A stretch of 20,000 bases of DNA from an uncultured virus (IMG/VR IMGVR_UViG_3300037010_002878) (lineage: Duplodnaviria > Heunggongvirae > Uroviricota > Caudoviricetes): IMG/VR virus record IMGVR_UViG_3300037010_002878, positions 56,398-76,397 of that record. The stretch is one strand, 5' to 3'. A model generated the notes under the pieces. That model worked only from the letters and a program-made list of their open reading frames with translations, made no database searches and had not been told where the DNA came from. This document shows positions 1 through 7,348 of this stretch, piece by piece. Within the stretch, counting starts at the first letter, position 1, and each line of letters starts with the position of its first letter. Made by a program: the position numbers and the translations under genes.

Positions 1-621
1 TCCATCAATAGTTAATTCCCCATTTAAAATTACATTCATAGGGAATGATTCAAACACATCATCCAACGCTCCAGATAAATATGTTATTTCTCCAGAACGG
101 GATTCATGAACAATTGATTCTGTGATTATTGTATTGGCATATCTTCCATCCATTTTGACTTGAGACATAACACCTTTGGGATCTGTAAATAGTTTTTGAA
201 CTTTACTTTTATCATAAGCTATAGCACCTTGATATGGAGTAGTTTCAATTAATTTTTTCCAAACTTTATTTACAGTGGATTCATTTAAACCAATTTTTAG
301 ATCTTTTTTTATGATTCGTTCAATAACTGTAGCATCATTCACTGATAGGTTTTCTAAAATACCTTTTAGATGTTCAATAGCATCATTACCTGTTTTCTCT
401 CTAGAACTTAACACTGATAATGATTCTAAAGCTTCCTCTAATGTCATATTTTCTTTGGAGGTGTATTCAGGAATTTTTCTAAGATAAAATTTAACACGAG
501 GGCTCAATGCCAAATAAACTACTTTTTTAAGCAATTCAAAATCTTCATATTTTCTTAAGATTTGCTCTTTAACTTTTGTAGAATTTGTTTCATTTAACTC
601 ATTAAAAATTTTTATTACCAT
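1..621 (-). CDS. ATP-dependent DNA ligase, T4 gp30-like (N-terminal part; runs off the left edge)
   Basis: Hand translation from ATG at 621 (AGGA RBS at 627-630): MVIKIFNELNETNSTKVKEQILRKY...KKDLKIGLNESTVNKVW...SQVKMDGRYAN...SRSGE...ILNGEL. Contains the KxDG adenylation motif and motif III, and the N-terminus resembles T4 ligase. Missing from the ORF track because it is truncated. Confidence 0.92.
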   Translation of the reverse strand, partial: MVIKIFNELNETNSTKVKEQILRKYEDFELLKKVVYLALSPRVKFYLRKIPEYTSKENMTLEEALESLSVLSSREKTGNDAIEHLKGILENLSVNDATVIERIIKKDLKIGLNESTVNKVWKKLIETTPYQGAIAYDKSKVQKLFTDPKGVMSQVKMDGRYANTIITESIVHESRSGEITYLSGALDDVFESFPMNVILNGELTIDG

Positions 622-645
622 TGTATTCCTTTATTTTATGATATA

Positions 646-666
646 ATTATAACAAAAAATACTTAA
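646..666 (-). promoter_or_regulatory. sigma70-type early promoter (TTAAG-N7-TGTTATAAT) upstream of ligase
   Basis: Minus strand TTAAG TATTTTT TGTTATAAT; the same architecture recurs at 7 other intergenic sites. Confidence 0.75.
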
Positions 667-677
667 TGTAAAATTAA

Positions 678-1226
678 TTATAAGTAAAATTCTGGATGTT
701 TGAAGTAAAATTTGTCTTTATCTATATTCTCAATAATTTCTTCTTGATTGGACACAAACCCTTGATGGATAACCTCAGGTCTAATTTTCACTTTATTCAT
801 ATTTAAGTTTTGATTATTTCTCAATAAAAAGAAAATTACATTGTCTTTAAATGAAGCATCTTGAATAACAGATAAACAATAATCAAACATTTCATCTCTC
901 ATAGATGTACATGTGCTTTGAAATGTATCTTGAATTATAGATTCTTTTGTTTTATAATTCAATTCCTGGATAGTATCCAGGAATTTAGAAAAGTAAATTT
1001 GATTTTTCGTTTGAGTCAATGATGCTTTTGCTATCATTGTGAGGAATTTTTTGTCTTCAAAAATCAATTGTTTTAATATTTTTTCATAAATGTCTATACA
1101 TTTATTATTCTGTATCAATTGATTAGCTGCGAAGACTTGCTCTCTTGGAGATAAAGGCAATGGGGTTAGCTTATCTCTTAAAGAATCTTCTGATTCTGAA
1201 ATAAAATCTATTTCTCTAACACCCAT
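678..1226 (-). CDS. hypothetical protein ending in HPEFYL
   Basis: 182-aa ORF with AGGA RBS, tightly packed behind phoH; no recognisable domain. Confidence 0.75.
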   Translation of the reverse strand: MGVREIDFISESEDSLRDKLTPLPLSPREQVFAANQLIQNNKCIDIYEKILKQLIFEDKKFLTMIAKASLTQTKNQIYFSKFLDTIQELNYKTKESIIQDTFQSTCTSMRDEMFDYCLSVIQDASFKDNVIFFLLRNNQNLNMNKVKIRPEVIHQGFVSNQEEIIENIDKDKFYFKHPEFYL

Positions 1227-1235
1227 TTCTTTCCT

Positions 1236-2591
1236 TTATTTAAAATCGTCTGCCCATTCTGCAATTCTAGAACGTACAGTTTTTGTTAATTTAATTGCTC
1301 CAATATTAACATCTTTGTTTTCTAACATTATTCGGTTAATCAAATATGTTAGAGCCGATGTGTGTTTATTGATATATTTGTTATCTATTTGTTTATTAGA
1401 ACCAATAGCAATTATTTTACAACCTTCTGTTACCCGAGTCAATGATGTTCTAATGCTAGCTACCGATTCATTTTGAATTTCATCTATAATTACAACAGCA
1501 TCTCTTATATTAGTTCCACGCAAAAAACCTTCAAACAAAGATGTTATTTGATATTCTTTAATCAAATCAATCATCTTATTCTCTAATTCTTCTTTAGTGA
1601 ATTTTCTATTTTGTTTAAATTTAGCATTGATTATTGCTTCTAAGTTAGAATACAATGGAGCCAAATAAGGAGATAATTTATCTTCTTGTGTTCCTGGAAG
1701 AAAGCCCATTTCTTCATCATCTGCATTTACTGTTTTTCTCATGTAAACGATTTTATTGAATCTTGTAGGATTCTTTTTTACTAATTTCATAGCTGCACTC
1801 AAAGCAATCAATGTTTTTCCAGAACCTGCTGGTGCATCTACTACAACTACATCATAAAATGGATCGTTTATCATACTAGAATATATTTTTTGTTCTATGT
1901 TTTGAGGTTTGATATCTTGGCGTTTAAGTTCATCTTCATTAATCTCATGAAATATGTTTCCAGATCTGTAATAGTAACTTCGATTTCCATCTTCTTTATA
2001 CAAACATAATCCAAAAATATTATCAGGAATTGATAAATCTTTAGCTTCAACTGCTTTAGGTAATGTATCTTCTTTATATTCAATTTCTTGATATAATTCC
2101 AAGTCTTCTTTGTAATCTCGACCCATACCTTCAGTTTTTAAACCTAAAGATATTGCTCTTAGTCTACACATAACATCATTAGAAATGAACACTATTGGAA
2201 TATCATAAAGTCTTTCACATTCTTCAGCTACCTCTAAAATTTTTCGGTCATTTAAAATGTGTCGGTCTACATTTCCTTCTACACTTTTGTATTTGTTTAA
2301 TGAAATAACATCTATAGTAATGTTTTTATCCGAATTGATAAACATTCTTGATATTGTGTAATCTGTATTTTTATCAGCGTACAATATATCAGCTTTCTCT
2401 AGCAAGCGTCCGAAAGATCTGGCTTGGAAATTTATTTCTTCAAACCCAGTCTTTTTAACATCAATTTCGTCCATTACCGTTTCTGGTAAAACTATCAAGT
2501 TAGATGATTGTTGAGATAAGATCTCAATATTAACTACATCATTCAAAATAACGTTCGTGTCTAAAACATAAATTTTTTCAAAATTATTCAA
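1236..2591 (-). CDS. phoH: PIN-domain PhoH-family ATPase
   Basis: N-terminal PIN motifs (YVLDTNV, ETVMDEID, NDRKIL, SNDVMCR) and PhoH motifs (APAGSGKT, MGFLPG, FLRGTNI, IIDEIQN, GSNKQID, VRSRIAEWA). TTG start. Confidence 0.92.
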   Translation of the reverse strand: MNNFEKIYVLDTNVILNDVVNIEILSQQSSNLIVLPETVMDEIDVKKTGFEEINFQARSFGRLLEKADILYADKNTDYTISRMFINSDKNITIDVISLNKYKSVEGNVDRHILNDRKILEVAEECERLYDIPIVFISNDVMCRLRAISLGLKTEGMGRDYKEDLELYQEIEYKEDTLPKAVEAKDLSIPDNIFGLCLYKEDGNRSYYYRSGNIFHEINEDELKRQDIKPQNIEQKIYSSMINDPFYDVVVVDAPAGSGKTLIALSAAMKLVKKNPTRFNKIVYMRKTVNADDEEMGFLPGTQEDKLSPYLAPLYSNLEAIINAKFKQNRKFTKEELENKMIDLIKEYQITSLFEGFLRGTNIRDAVVIIDEIQNESVASIRTSLTRVTEGCKIIAIGSNKQIDNKYINKHTSALTYLINRIMLENKDVNIGAIKLTKTVRSRIAEWADDFK

Positions 2592-2611
2592 TATACTGCC
2601 TCTAAAGGTGA

Positions 2612-2659
2612 TTAATCAAATCTTTCCTTCAAAGTCATATCAACATTCAATACCCACAT
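2612..2659 (-). CDS. putative 15-aa leader/micro-peptide MWVLNVDMTLKERFD
   Basis: AAGGAG RBS directly upstream of ATG at 2659 and TAA at 2612-2614; fills the gap upstream of phoH. Confidence 0.3.
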   Translation of the reverse strand: MWVLNVDMTLKERFD

Positions 2660-2686
2660 GTACTCCTTTATTTTAATTAAAAATAT

Positions 2687-3640
2687 TTATGATTCACGTC
2701 CTTTTAATATTAAAGAAGTGATGGATTTAGTTATTTTACGATCTGTATCCAAATTCAAGAAAATTTTAAATACATCTAGATGATTTTCTTTTAAATTGCT
2801 CAAAATAGAACCACGAGTTTCCAATTCTACACACCATAACATACTGAGTGCGGTAAGGGCTGAACTGACTGTGGCGTTTTTTACTATTTGTGTCTTAATG
2901 AAAAACTCAGTCAATTCAGATTTGTTCAATACATCCATAGATTTTAATAATGATTTTCTCAAATCATTTCCAATGATTTCTGGATCTTCAGATTCATGAT
3001 TTTCTACATATGCTTGAATATCATCTGATGTTATTTGTTCATCAAATTTACAAAAATAAGTATAAAAACGAGTCCCAATACTCTCTCCAATTTTTCCTTT
3101 TATTAAATCTAAAGTCAAAGGATTTTTCTTGGCATTTGGGATGTTTTTAAGAACGTCCGATAATTTAGTCCATGCTCGTGGAGTAGGATATTTTGAATCT
3201 TGAACTTCTACTGAACTCCAATGTAATTTGTCTGGATTATCACGAATGAAAGATCTAATAACTTTTAAGACATCATGATTTTCCGCCCATTTTAGCCAAG
3301 CGTTTGCATCAACAGTAACATTTAATGTTAAAAATCTGTCTAGCAATGCTGGGTCCATAGCTTCAACTTGATATCCATCTTCTGGATTAATACAAGCTGT
3401 AACCATAGCCGGAATACCTTTAAAATAAGGTAATGTATGTTGATGTATTTGTTTGCTTAGGATTAATTGAAGTGCAGCTTGTCTTATATCCAATGGTGCA
3501 CGATTTAACTCATCTAGTAATAATGAGGTGTGTTTACCTTTTGAATAATGAACGTGAGTGTTGTGTTTGCTCAACAGACTGTGGTCTGTTTCATAATACT
3601 GATTGTATAAGTTTTGAAGGATTTCTCGAGTTATTATCAT
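2687..3640 (-). CDS. MoxR/AAA_5-type ATPase, C-terminal half (Walker B, sensor I, Arg finger, sensor II; no Walker A)
   Basis: Motifs LLLDELNRA, ACINP, MDPALLDRF, YPTPRAW; no GxxGxGK. The start is probably ATG at 3640 (AGGA spacing) rather than 3646. Confidence 0.85.
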   Translation of the reverse strand: MIITREILQNLYNQYYETDHSLLSKHNTHVHYSKGKHTSLLLDELNRAPLDIRQAALQLILSKQIHQHTLPYFKGIPAMVTACINPEDGYQVEAMDPALLDRFLTLNVTVDANAWLKWAENHDVLKVIRSFIRDNPDKLHWSSVEVQDSKYPTPRAWTKLSDVLKNIPNAKKNPLTLDLIKGKIGESIGTRFYTYFCKFDEQITSDDIQAYVENHESEDPEIIGNDLRKSLLKSMDVLNKSELTEFFIKTQIVKNATVSSALTALSMLWCVELETRGSILSNLKENHLDVFKIFLNLDTDRKITKSITSLILKGRES

Positions 3641-3667
3641 AATCATTCCTGAAGGTTTATTTGTATT

Positions 3668-3689
3668 ATTATATCAGGTTGTTGCTTAA
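3668..3689 (-). promoter_or_regulatory. sigma70-type promoter (TTAAG-N8-TGATATAAT) for the ATPase C-terminal half
   Basis: Minus strand TTAAG CAACAACC TGATATAAT, matching the repeated promoter consensus. Confidence 0.7.
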
Positions 3690-3701
3690 AACAACCTGAT
3701 A
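3672..3701. repeat. perfect 12-bp inverted repeat (terminator or operator)
   Basis: TATCAGGTTGTT-gcttaa-AACAACCTGATA immediately after the bactofilin stop codon, overlapping the promoter. Confidence 0.7.
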
Positions 3702-3703
3702 AT

Positions 3704-4054
3704 TTAAACGGAATTTAAAGATTTTTTTATGGTTCCATTATATGTGCAGTTTGGATTTATATTCAACATAGATGTATAAGTAATATCTGATTCTACGTCA
3801 CCGGTAGGTTCAATAGTGATATTACTACAATTAATGTTTCCTTTATAAACTCCAGCGATAAAAACTTCGGAACATTCTATATCGGCAGTTAAAGAACCTC
3901 CAACTTCAATAAAAACACTTTTAGCTATGATTTTATTAGCTTCTACAGTGCCTTTTATGTAAACTTGATGAGAACTGGTTATCTCGCCTTTAAATGTAGA
4001 ATCTTTCCCGATTATTGTAAAATCGGGATTTTCTTTTTTGAAAAAATTAAGCAT
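3704..4054 (-). CDS. bactofilin (polymer-forming cytoskeletal protein, CcmA family)
   Basis: Typical beta-helix pattern TIIGKDSTFKGEI...VYIKGTVEA..I.AKSVFIEVGGSLTADIECSEVFIAGVYKGNINCSNITIEPTGDVESDI...LNINPNCTYNGTI; 116 aa. Confidence 0.88.
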   Translation of the reverse strand: MLNFFKKENPDFTIIGKDSTFKGEITSSHQVYIKGTVEANKIIAKSVFIEVGGSLTADIECSEVFIAGVYKGNINCSNITIEPTGDVESDITYTSMLNINPNCTYNGTIKKSLNSV

Positions 4055-4760
4055 ATCTTTCTTCCATTCTTTTGATTTTATCAGCTCTAGCTAAAACATC
4101 TAGAGCTTGTTTTCTACCTAAAGGACAGTCTGATTTATAATCAACTAGTGCCTCAAACGTGGACTGATGTTTAGAATATTTGTTCAAAATATATGCCCCG
4201 GCGGCTATAGCGTATTTTGGAATTTCCAAATCACTTGGTTTTCGGATAACATGATTGGCAATCAATTCTTTAGACCATATACCTGAAGCAACTCCTGTAA
4301 ATCCTTTTACACCAATGTGTATAGATGATCCAGCATTGTGTTTGACATTCTTCTTAAAAGAAGATTCAGAATCTATTAAACCGGTTAAAACCGTATGTTT
4401 AACATTTTCATACTTGTTTGAGGATTTGATGATTTCAGTAGCATAATAAGCAGCTTCTTTATCATCAACTTTAGGATTTTTCTCCTTAATATACATTGAA
4501 ATTACTTGTTTCTGAACATTAAATTTCTTCAACTCAGCTTCATTTCTTTCCAAATCTTTCTTAAGGCGCTCGATTTCTTGAGCTTTTTTATCATTGAGTT
4601 CTTTTACATTCTTATTCTCAATACGAATGTCGTTATAATACGAATCAATGTACAATTTAGCGCTATACACTGTCACTGCAACAAGTGCTACTAAACCGAC
4701 TATTAAATTTCGTTGAATTCTAATAGATTTCCGTAAATTATCAATTGGATTTATTACCAT
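4047..4760 (-). CDS. membrane-anchored SLT-like lytic transglycosylase with coiled-coil stalk
   Basis: N-terminal TM segment (LIVGLVALVAVTVYSA), coiled coil (~aa 45-85), SLT motif I (GLIDSESSF, catalytic Glu) and divergent motifs II/III (GFTGV, IAAGAYILNKY, ALVDYK). AGGAG RBS; 8-nt overlap with bactofilin. Confidence 0.75.
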   Translation of the reverse strand: MVINPIDNLRKSIRIQRNLIVGLVALVAVTVYSAKLYIDSYYNDIRIENKNVKELNDKKAQEIERLKKDLERNEAELKKFNVQKQVISMYIKEKNPKVDDKEAAYYATEIIKSSNKYENVKHTVLTGLIDSESSFKKNVKHNAGSSIHIGVKGFTGVASGIWSKELIANHVIRKPSDLEIPKYAIAAGAYILNKYSKHQSTFEALVDYKSDCPLGRKQALDVLARADKIKRMEERYA

Positions 4761-4789
4761 TATTGATCTCCTTTTTTCAATTTCGTTGG

Positions 4790-4887
4790 AAGATGAAACC
4801 TATCATCTTTTACCTACTTTCTTAAGAAAGTGCTTCAATCATTGTAACTATCTTTTTGTTTCATTTGCCAGAAAAACAAAAGTTACA
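4790..4887 (-). promoter_or_regulatory. cluster of three stem-loops upstream of the transglycosylase gene
   Basis: AAGATGA/TCATCTT (4790-4809), 16-bp palindrome ACTTTCTTAAGAAAGT (4816-4831), and a bulged stem TGTAACT..TTTGTTT / AAACAAA.AGTTACA (4843-4887). Confidence 0.5.
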
Positions 4888-4905
4888 TAACCTTACATTT
4901 TTAGG

Positions 4906-5430
4906 TTATTTGATTATATCAAAAACATCCTGAACAATACTTGAAGTAATTAGTTTAGATGAATATTGAACCTTATTTTGTGTCAACAACTCTACAAGAT
5001 CTCGATCTATCTGTATCGCCTCAGATTCTGATTGAGTTCGACCATATCCCTGATATGGGTGATGGTCTAAATTCCTGATGAGATAAATATTTATATTGTC
5101 ATAAGCATCATATGTGCTTTTAACAAAAGCTTTGAAATTATCTTCATTATAAATGGGGTTTTCTTGAAAGTAATGTAACGATAACAATAACGGGCTATCC
5201 GTTATAACATAATCTACTTTTCCTCTAAGTTTCCACAGCTTATGATGTTGTTTAGTAAAAATATACAATTGATCTTTAAGTTTAAAAAATGATTCTTGAT
5301 AAACTACGTCTTTGGCGTATTCTGTTACCAATTCTACTTTATAACCCATTGTTTTCATTAAATGAAACAATCCTGCAGCTGTAGTGCTTTTTCCGGTACC
5401 TGGACCGCCGAAAAAATTTATTACTTTCAT
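4906..5430 (-). CDS. P-loop kinase, NadR/AAA_28-like
   Basis: VINFFGGPGTGKST, ELVTEYAKD, YVITDSPLLLS, YQGYGRTQSESEA; common in large phages. Confidence 0.8.
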   Translation of the reverse strand: MKVINFFGGPGTGKSTTAAGLFHLMKTMGYKVELVTEYAKDVVYQESFFKLKDQLYIFTKQHHKLWKLRGKVDYVITDSPLLLSLHYFQENPIYNEDNFKAFVKSTYDAYDNINIYLIRNLDHHPYQGYGRTQSESEAIQIDRDLVELLTQNKVQYSSKLITSSIVQDVFDIIK

Positions 5431-5954
5431 GAGTCTCCTTTAATTCGGTTTAACTCTCTTTTTGCAAAGAAAATAATTTTATTCAAATCTCTTTCATATG
5501 TCGAATGATGCTCTACGCCAGATCTATACATAGCTTTGAATATATTACCTTGAGAAAAGTTCATATTTTTAAATTCAATGAGATCTTGCAAATCTTTAGC
5601 TCCCGCAGGAAGTTTATAATAATCTGTGCTTCCGCCATTATTTTTTGCTTCTTCTGGAACAGAATCATCATATAGAAGATAATCTTTAAAAGACCCTTTT
5701 TCTTCATTTTTATTTTTAGCTACATTCGCCAACTCATCAGGATTGATTCCAAATGTTTCCATTATGGTATCTAAAACTTCCATAATATCCGCTAGTTCTT
5801 CTAGAGATGTCAATCCAGTATCTATAAACTCTTGAGTTTCCTCTTTTAGTTTTAAAGAAAGATATTTTATTAAACTTTTTTTATCTGTTTGTTCAATATA
5901 AAATAACTTATCTTCTGGGATTATATCTTTATATTTGTCCCTTACTAACTTCAT
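5427..5954 (-). CDS. fusion of MazG-like (PRA-PH type) nucleotide pyrophosphohydrolase and DUF3310-like domain
   Basis: N-terminal MKLVRDK...KLKEETQEF...LEELADIMEVL...KNEEKGSF; C-terminal GGSTDYY...DLIEFKNMNFSQGNIFKAMYR...DLNKIIFFAKREL. Confidence 0.75.
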   Translation of the reverse strand: MKLVRDKYKDIIPEDKLFYIEQTDKKSLIKYLSLKLKEETQEFIDTGLTSLEELADIMEVLDTIMETFGINPDELANVAKNKNEEKGSFKDYLLYDDSVPEEAKNNGGSTDYYKLPAGAKDLQDLIEFKNMNFSQGNIFKAMYRSGVEHHSTYERDLNKIIFFAKRELNRIKGDS

Positions 5955-6303
5955 TCAATTCCTTTAGTTTTGAGTAAACGAAAGCCTTGAAGTCCTCATC
6001 CGAAAATTCTAAATCATCTACATCGAATTTAGCGGGCATAACCGCTTCTTCCATTTTTTGTAACCAAATAGGTTTCGTCCATGTATGAATAACCTCACCA
6101 TTACGTTCTATTGAACGTGGCATACCAATCAAATCACCCACTTCTTGGTTGGACAAGAATAATGTTTCATTATGCATATTATTTTCTGTAGCAAAATTAG
6201 CTACAACCTCTGATTTTCCAATCCCATGAGGGCCTTCAATCATTAAAGTTTCATTAGATTTGAAACAAATCTCTAATACACTTCGTATATTGCTAATTAA
6301 CAT
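5929..6303 (-). CDS. MoxR/AAA_5-type ATPase, N-terminal half (Walker A only)
   Basis: LMIEGPHGIGKSEVV, LFLSNQEVGDLIGMP, WTKPIWL; ends at aa 124, before Walker B. Confidence 0.85.
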   Translation of the reverse strand: MLISNIRSVLEICFKSNETLMIEGPHGIGKSEVVANFATENNMHNETLFLSNQEVGDLIGMPRSIERNGEVIHTWTKPIWLQKMEEAVMPAKFDVDDLEFSDEDFKAFVYSKLKELNEVSKGQI

Positions 6304-6397
6304 TTATTCTACCCTTCAATTCTGAAAATACATTACAAGATGAAAATACGCCATACATCATTATAGCAATGAATGTAATTGTTAAAAAATACGCCAT
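6293..6397 (-). CDS. small membrane peptide, 34 aa (MAYFLTITFIAIMMYGVFSSCNVFSELKGRINVN)
   Basis: AAGGAG RBS, ATG at 6397, hydrophobic N-terminus; the stop overlaps the start of the next gene; first ORF after the promoter at 6422. Confidence 0.55.
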   Translation of the reverse strand: MAYFLTITFIAIMMYGVFSSCNVFSELKGRINVN

Positions 6398-6421
6398 AGG
6401 ACTCCTTCTTTCTTACATTTA

Positions 6422-6442
6422 ATTATAACAGAAATTACCTTT
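6422..6442 (-). promoter_or_regulatory. sigma70-type promoter (extended -10 TGTTATAAT)
   Basis: Minus strand AAAGG TAATTTC TGTTATAAT; the upstream box is degenerate. Confidence 0.6.
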
Positions 6443-6450
6443 GAAACTTA

Positions 6451-7302
6451 TTAAAGTTTATTACAAAGCACCATTTCAACATTCTCGTCTGAGTAATTCA
6501 ATCTCTTAATGATTTGGATGAATCTTGTTCTGAAACATGGTTCTAACTCTGGGTTTTCTGGCTGTTTCAAATACGTTTCTTTTTTCCAAAGAATTCCATA
6601 TTTGTATTTATCTGGAATATCGCTCCAAAAATGACCAAGCTCTTCACATATCTCAACTAGTTCATTGCTTGTTTTGTTTTGACATTCTTTATGGGATAGA
6701 ATACTTTGAGCAAAAACGTTTTTAGAGTTTCGTTCACAATCTCTGGTTCTCCATAAAAGTGAATTAAATGCCTCAGTTTTATCTGGAACTTGAAAAACTC
6801 GAGCATCAAAAAATGCTCTTCCAATTTTTGTCTCCAAAAAAGAAACCTTATTGTTAATTTTATCATATTCTTTAGATAATTCAACAGAAGCAGATCTAAC
6901 ACGCATCAAACCTTCTTTCTCAGTGTATAATTTACTAAGAGTTTCTCTGATTAATTCATTGAACTTCATTGAAGCAAATGATGCCGCTAATGAAGTTAGT
7001 TTTTGAATTCTTCCAGAATAAATCAAGTTATCATCTGGAGCAAAAATCAAGGTGATTTCGTCAGATTGAGAATAAGCGCAAACTGCTTTAAATTCATCCA
7101 TCAATGCTCTAGCTGTTTCTGCTAATGCATTTGCTAAAAATTCATCGAAAGGTTTTGAGAAACCTTTCGTCCATTTAGAAAAGCCGTGCCCATCAATTCG
7201 CATGATGGAGTATTTGGATTTATCCAAATAAATCTCTGCACTTGCTTCATATTCTTTAATTCTATGACCGAATGGGTCTTTTTCTTGAATTTTTGAGGTC
7301 AT
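6451..7302 (-). CDS. tRNA(His) guanylyltransferase Thg1-like 3'-5' polymerase
   Basis: RIKEYE, IMRIDGHGFSKWT, KPFD, AYSQSDEITL, GRIQKLTS, FFDARVF, WRTRDCERNS, KYKYG. Confidence 0.92.
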   Translation of the reverse strand: MTSKIQEKDPFGHRIKEYEASAEIYLDKSKYSIMRIDGHGFSKWTKGFSKPFDEFLANALAETARALMDEFKAVCAYSQSDEITLIFAPDDNLIYSGRIQKLTSLAASFASMKFNELIRETLSKLYTEKEGLMRVRSASVELSKEYDKINNKVSFLETKIGRAFFDARVFQVPDKTEAFNSLLWRTRDCERNSKNVFAQSILSHKECQNKTSNELVEICEELGHFWSDIPDKYKYGILWKKETYLKQPENPELEPCFRTRFIQIIKRLNYSDENVEMVLCNKL

Positions 7303-7327
7303 ATTCTTTCCTTTTATTTTGTATATT

Positions 7328-7348
7328 ATTATAACAGTTTATTCTTAA
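7328..7348 (-). promoter_or_regulatory. sigma70-type promoter (TTAAG-N7-TGTTATAAT) for thg1-like gene
   Basis: Minus strand TTAAG AATAAAC TGTTATAAT, embedded in the last codons of the upstream gene. Confidence 0.75.

Noticed and set aside
3555..3640. Split intein joining the ATPase halves (C-half contains ...LLSKHN|T..., resembling an intein HN-[CST] end)
   Set aside because: The N-half has no recognisable intein block A (C/S start) or block B (TxxH), and the segment is too short; HN-T is likely chance. An intein HMM search would settle it.
4843..4887. c-di-GMP-I riboswitch (GGCAAA in the loop)
   Set aside because: The remaining conserved elements of that riboswitch are not visible
3647..5928. 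Intervening block as a self-splicing intron or mobile element
   Set aside because: No integrase, transposase, homing endonuclease, intron core or convincing target-site duplication is visible; the shared AGGAAT at both ends is explained by RBSs
6343..6398. Short direct repeat AAAATACGCCATA inside the 34-aa ORF
   Set aside because: Only two copies of about 13 bp; likely a local duplication with no evident function
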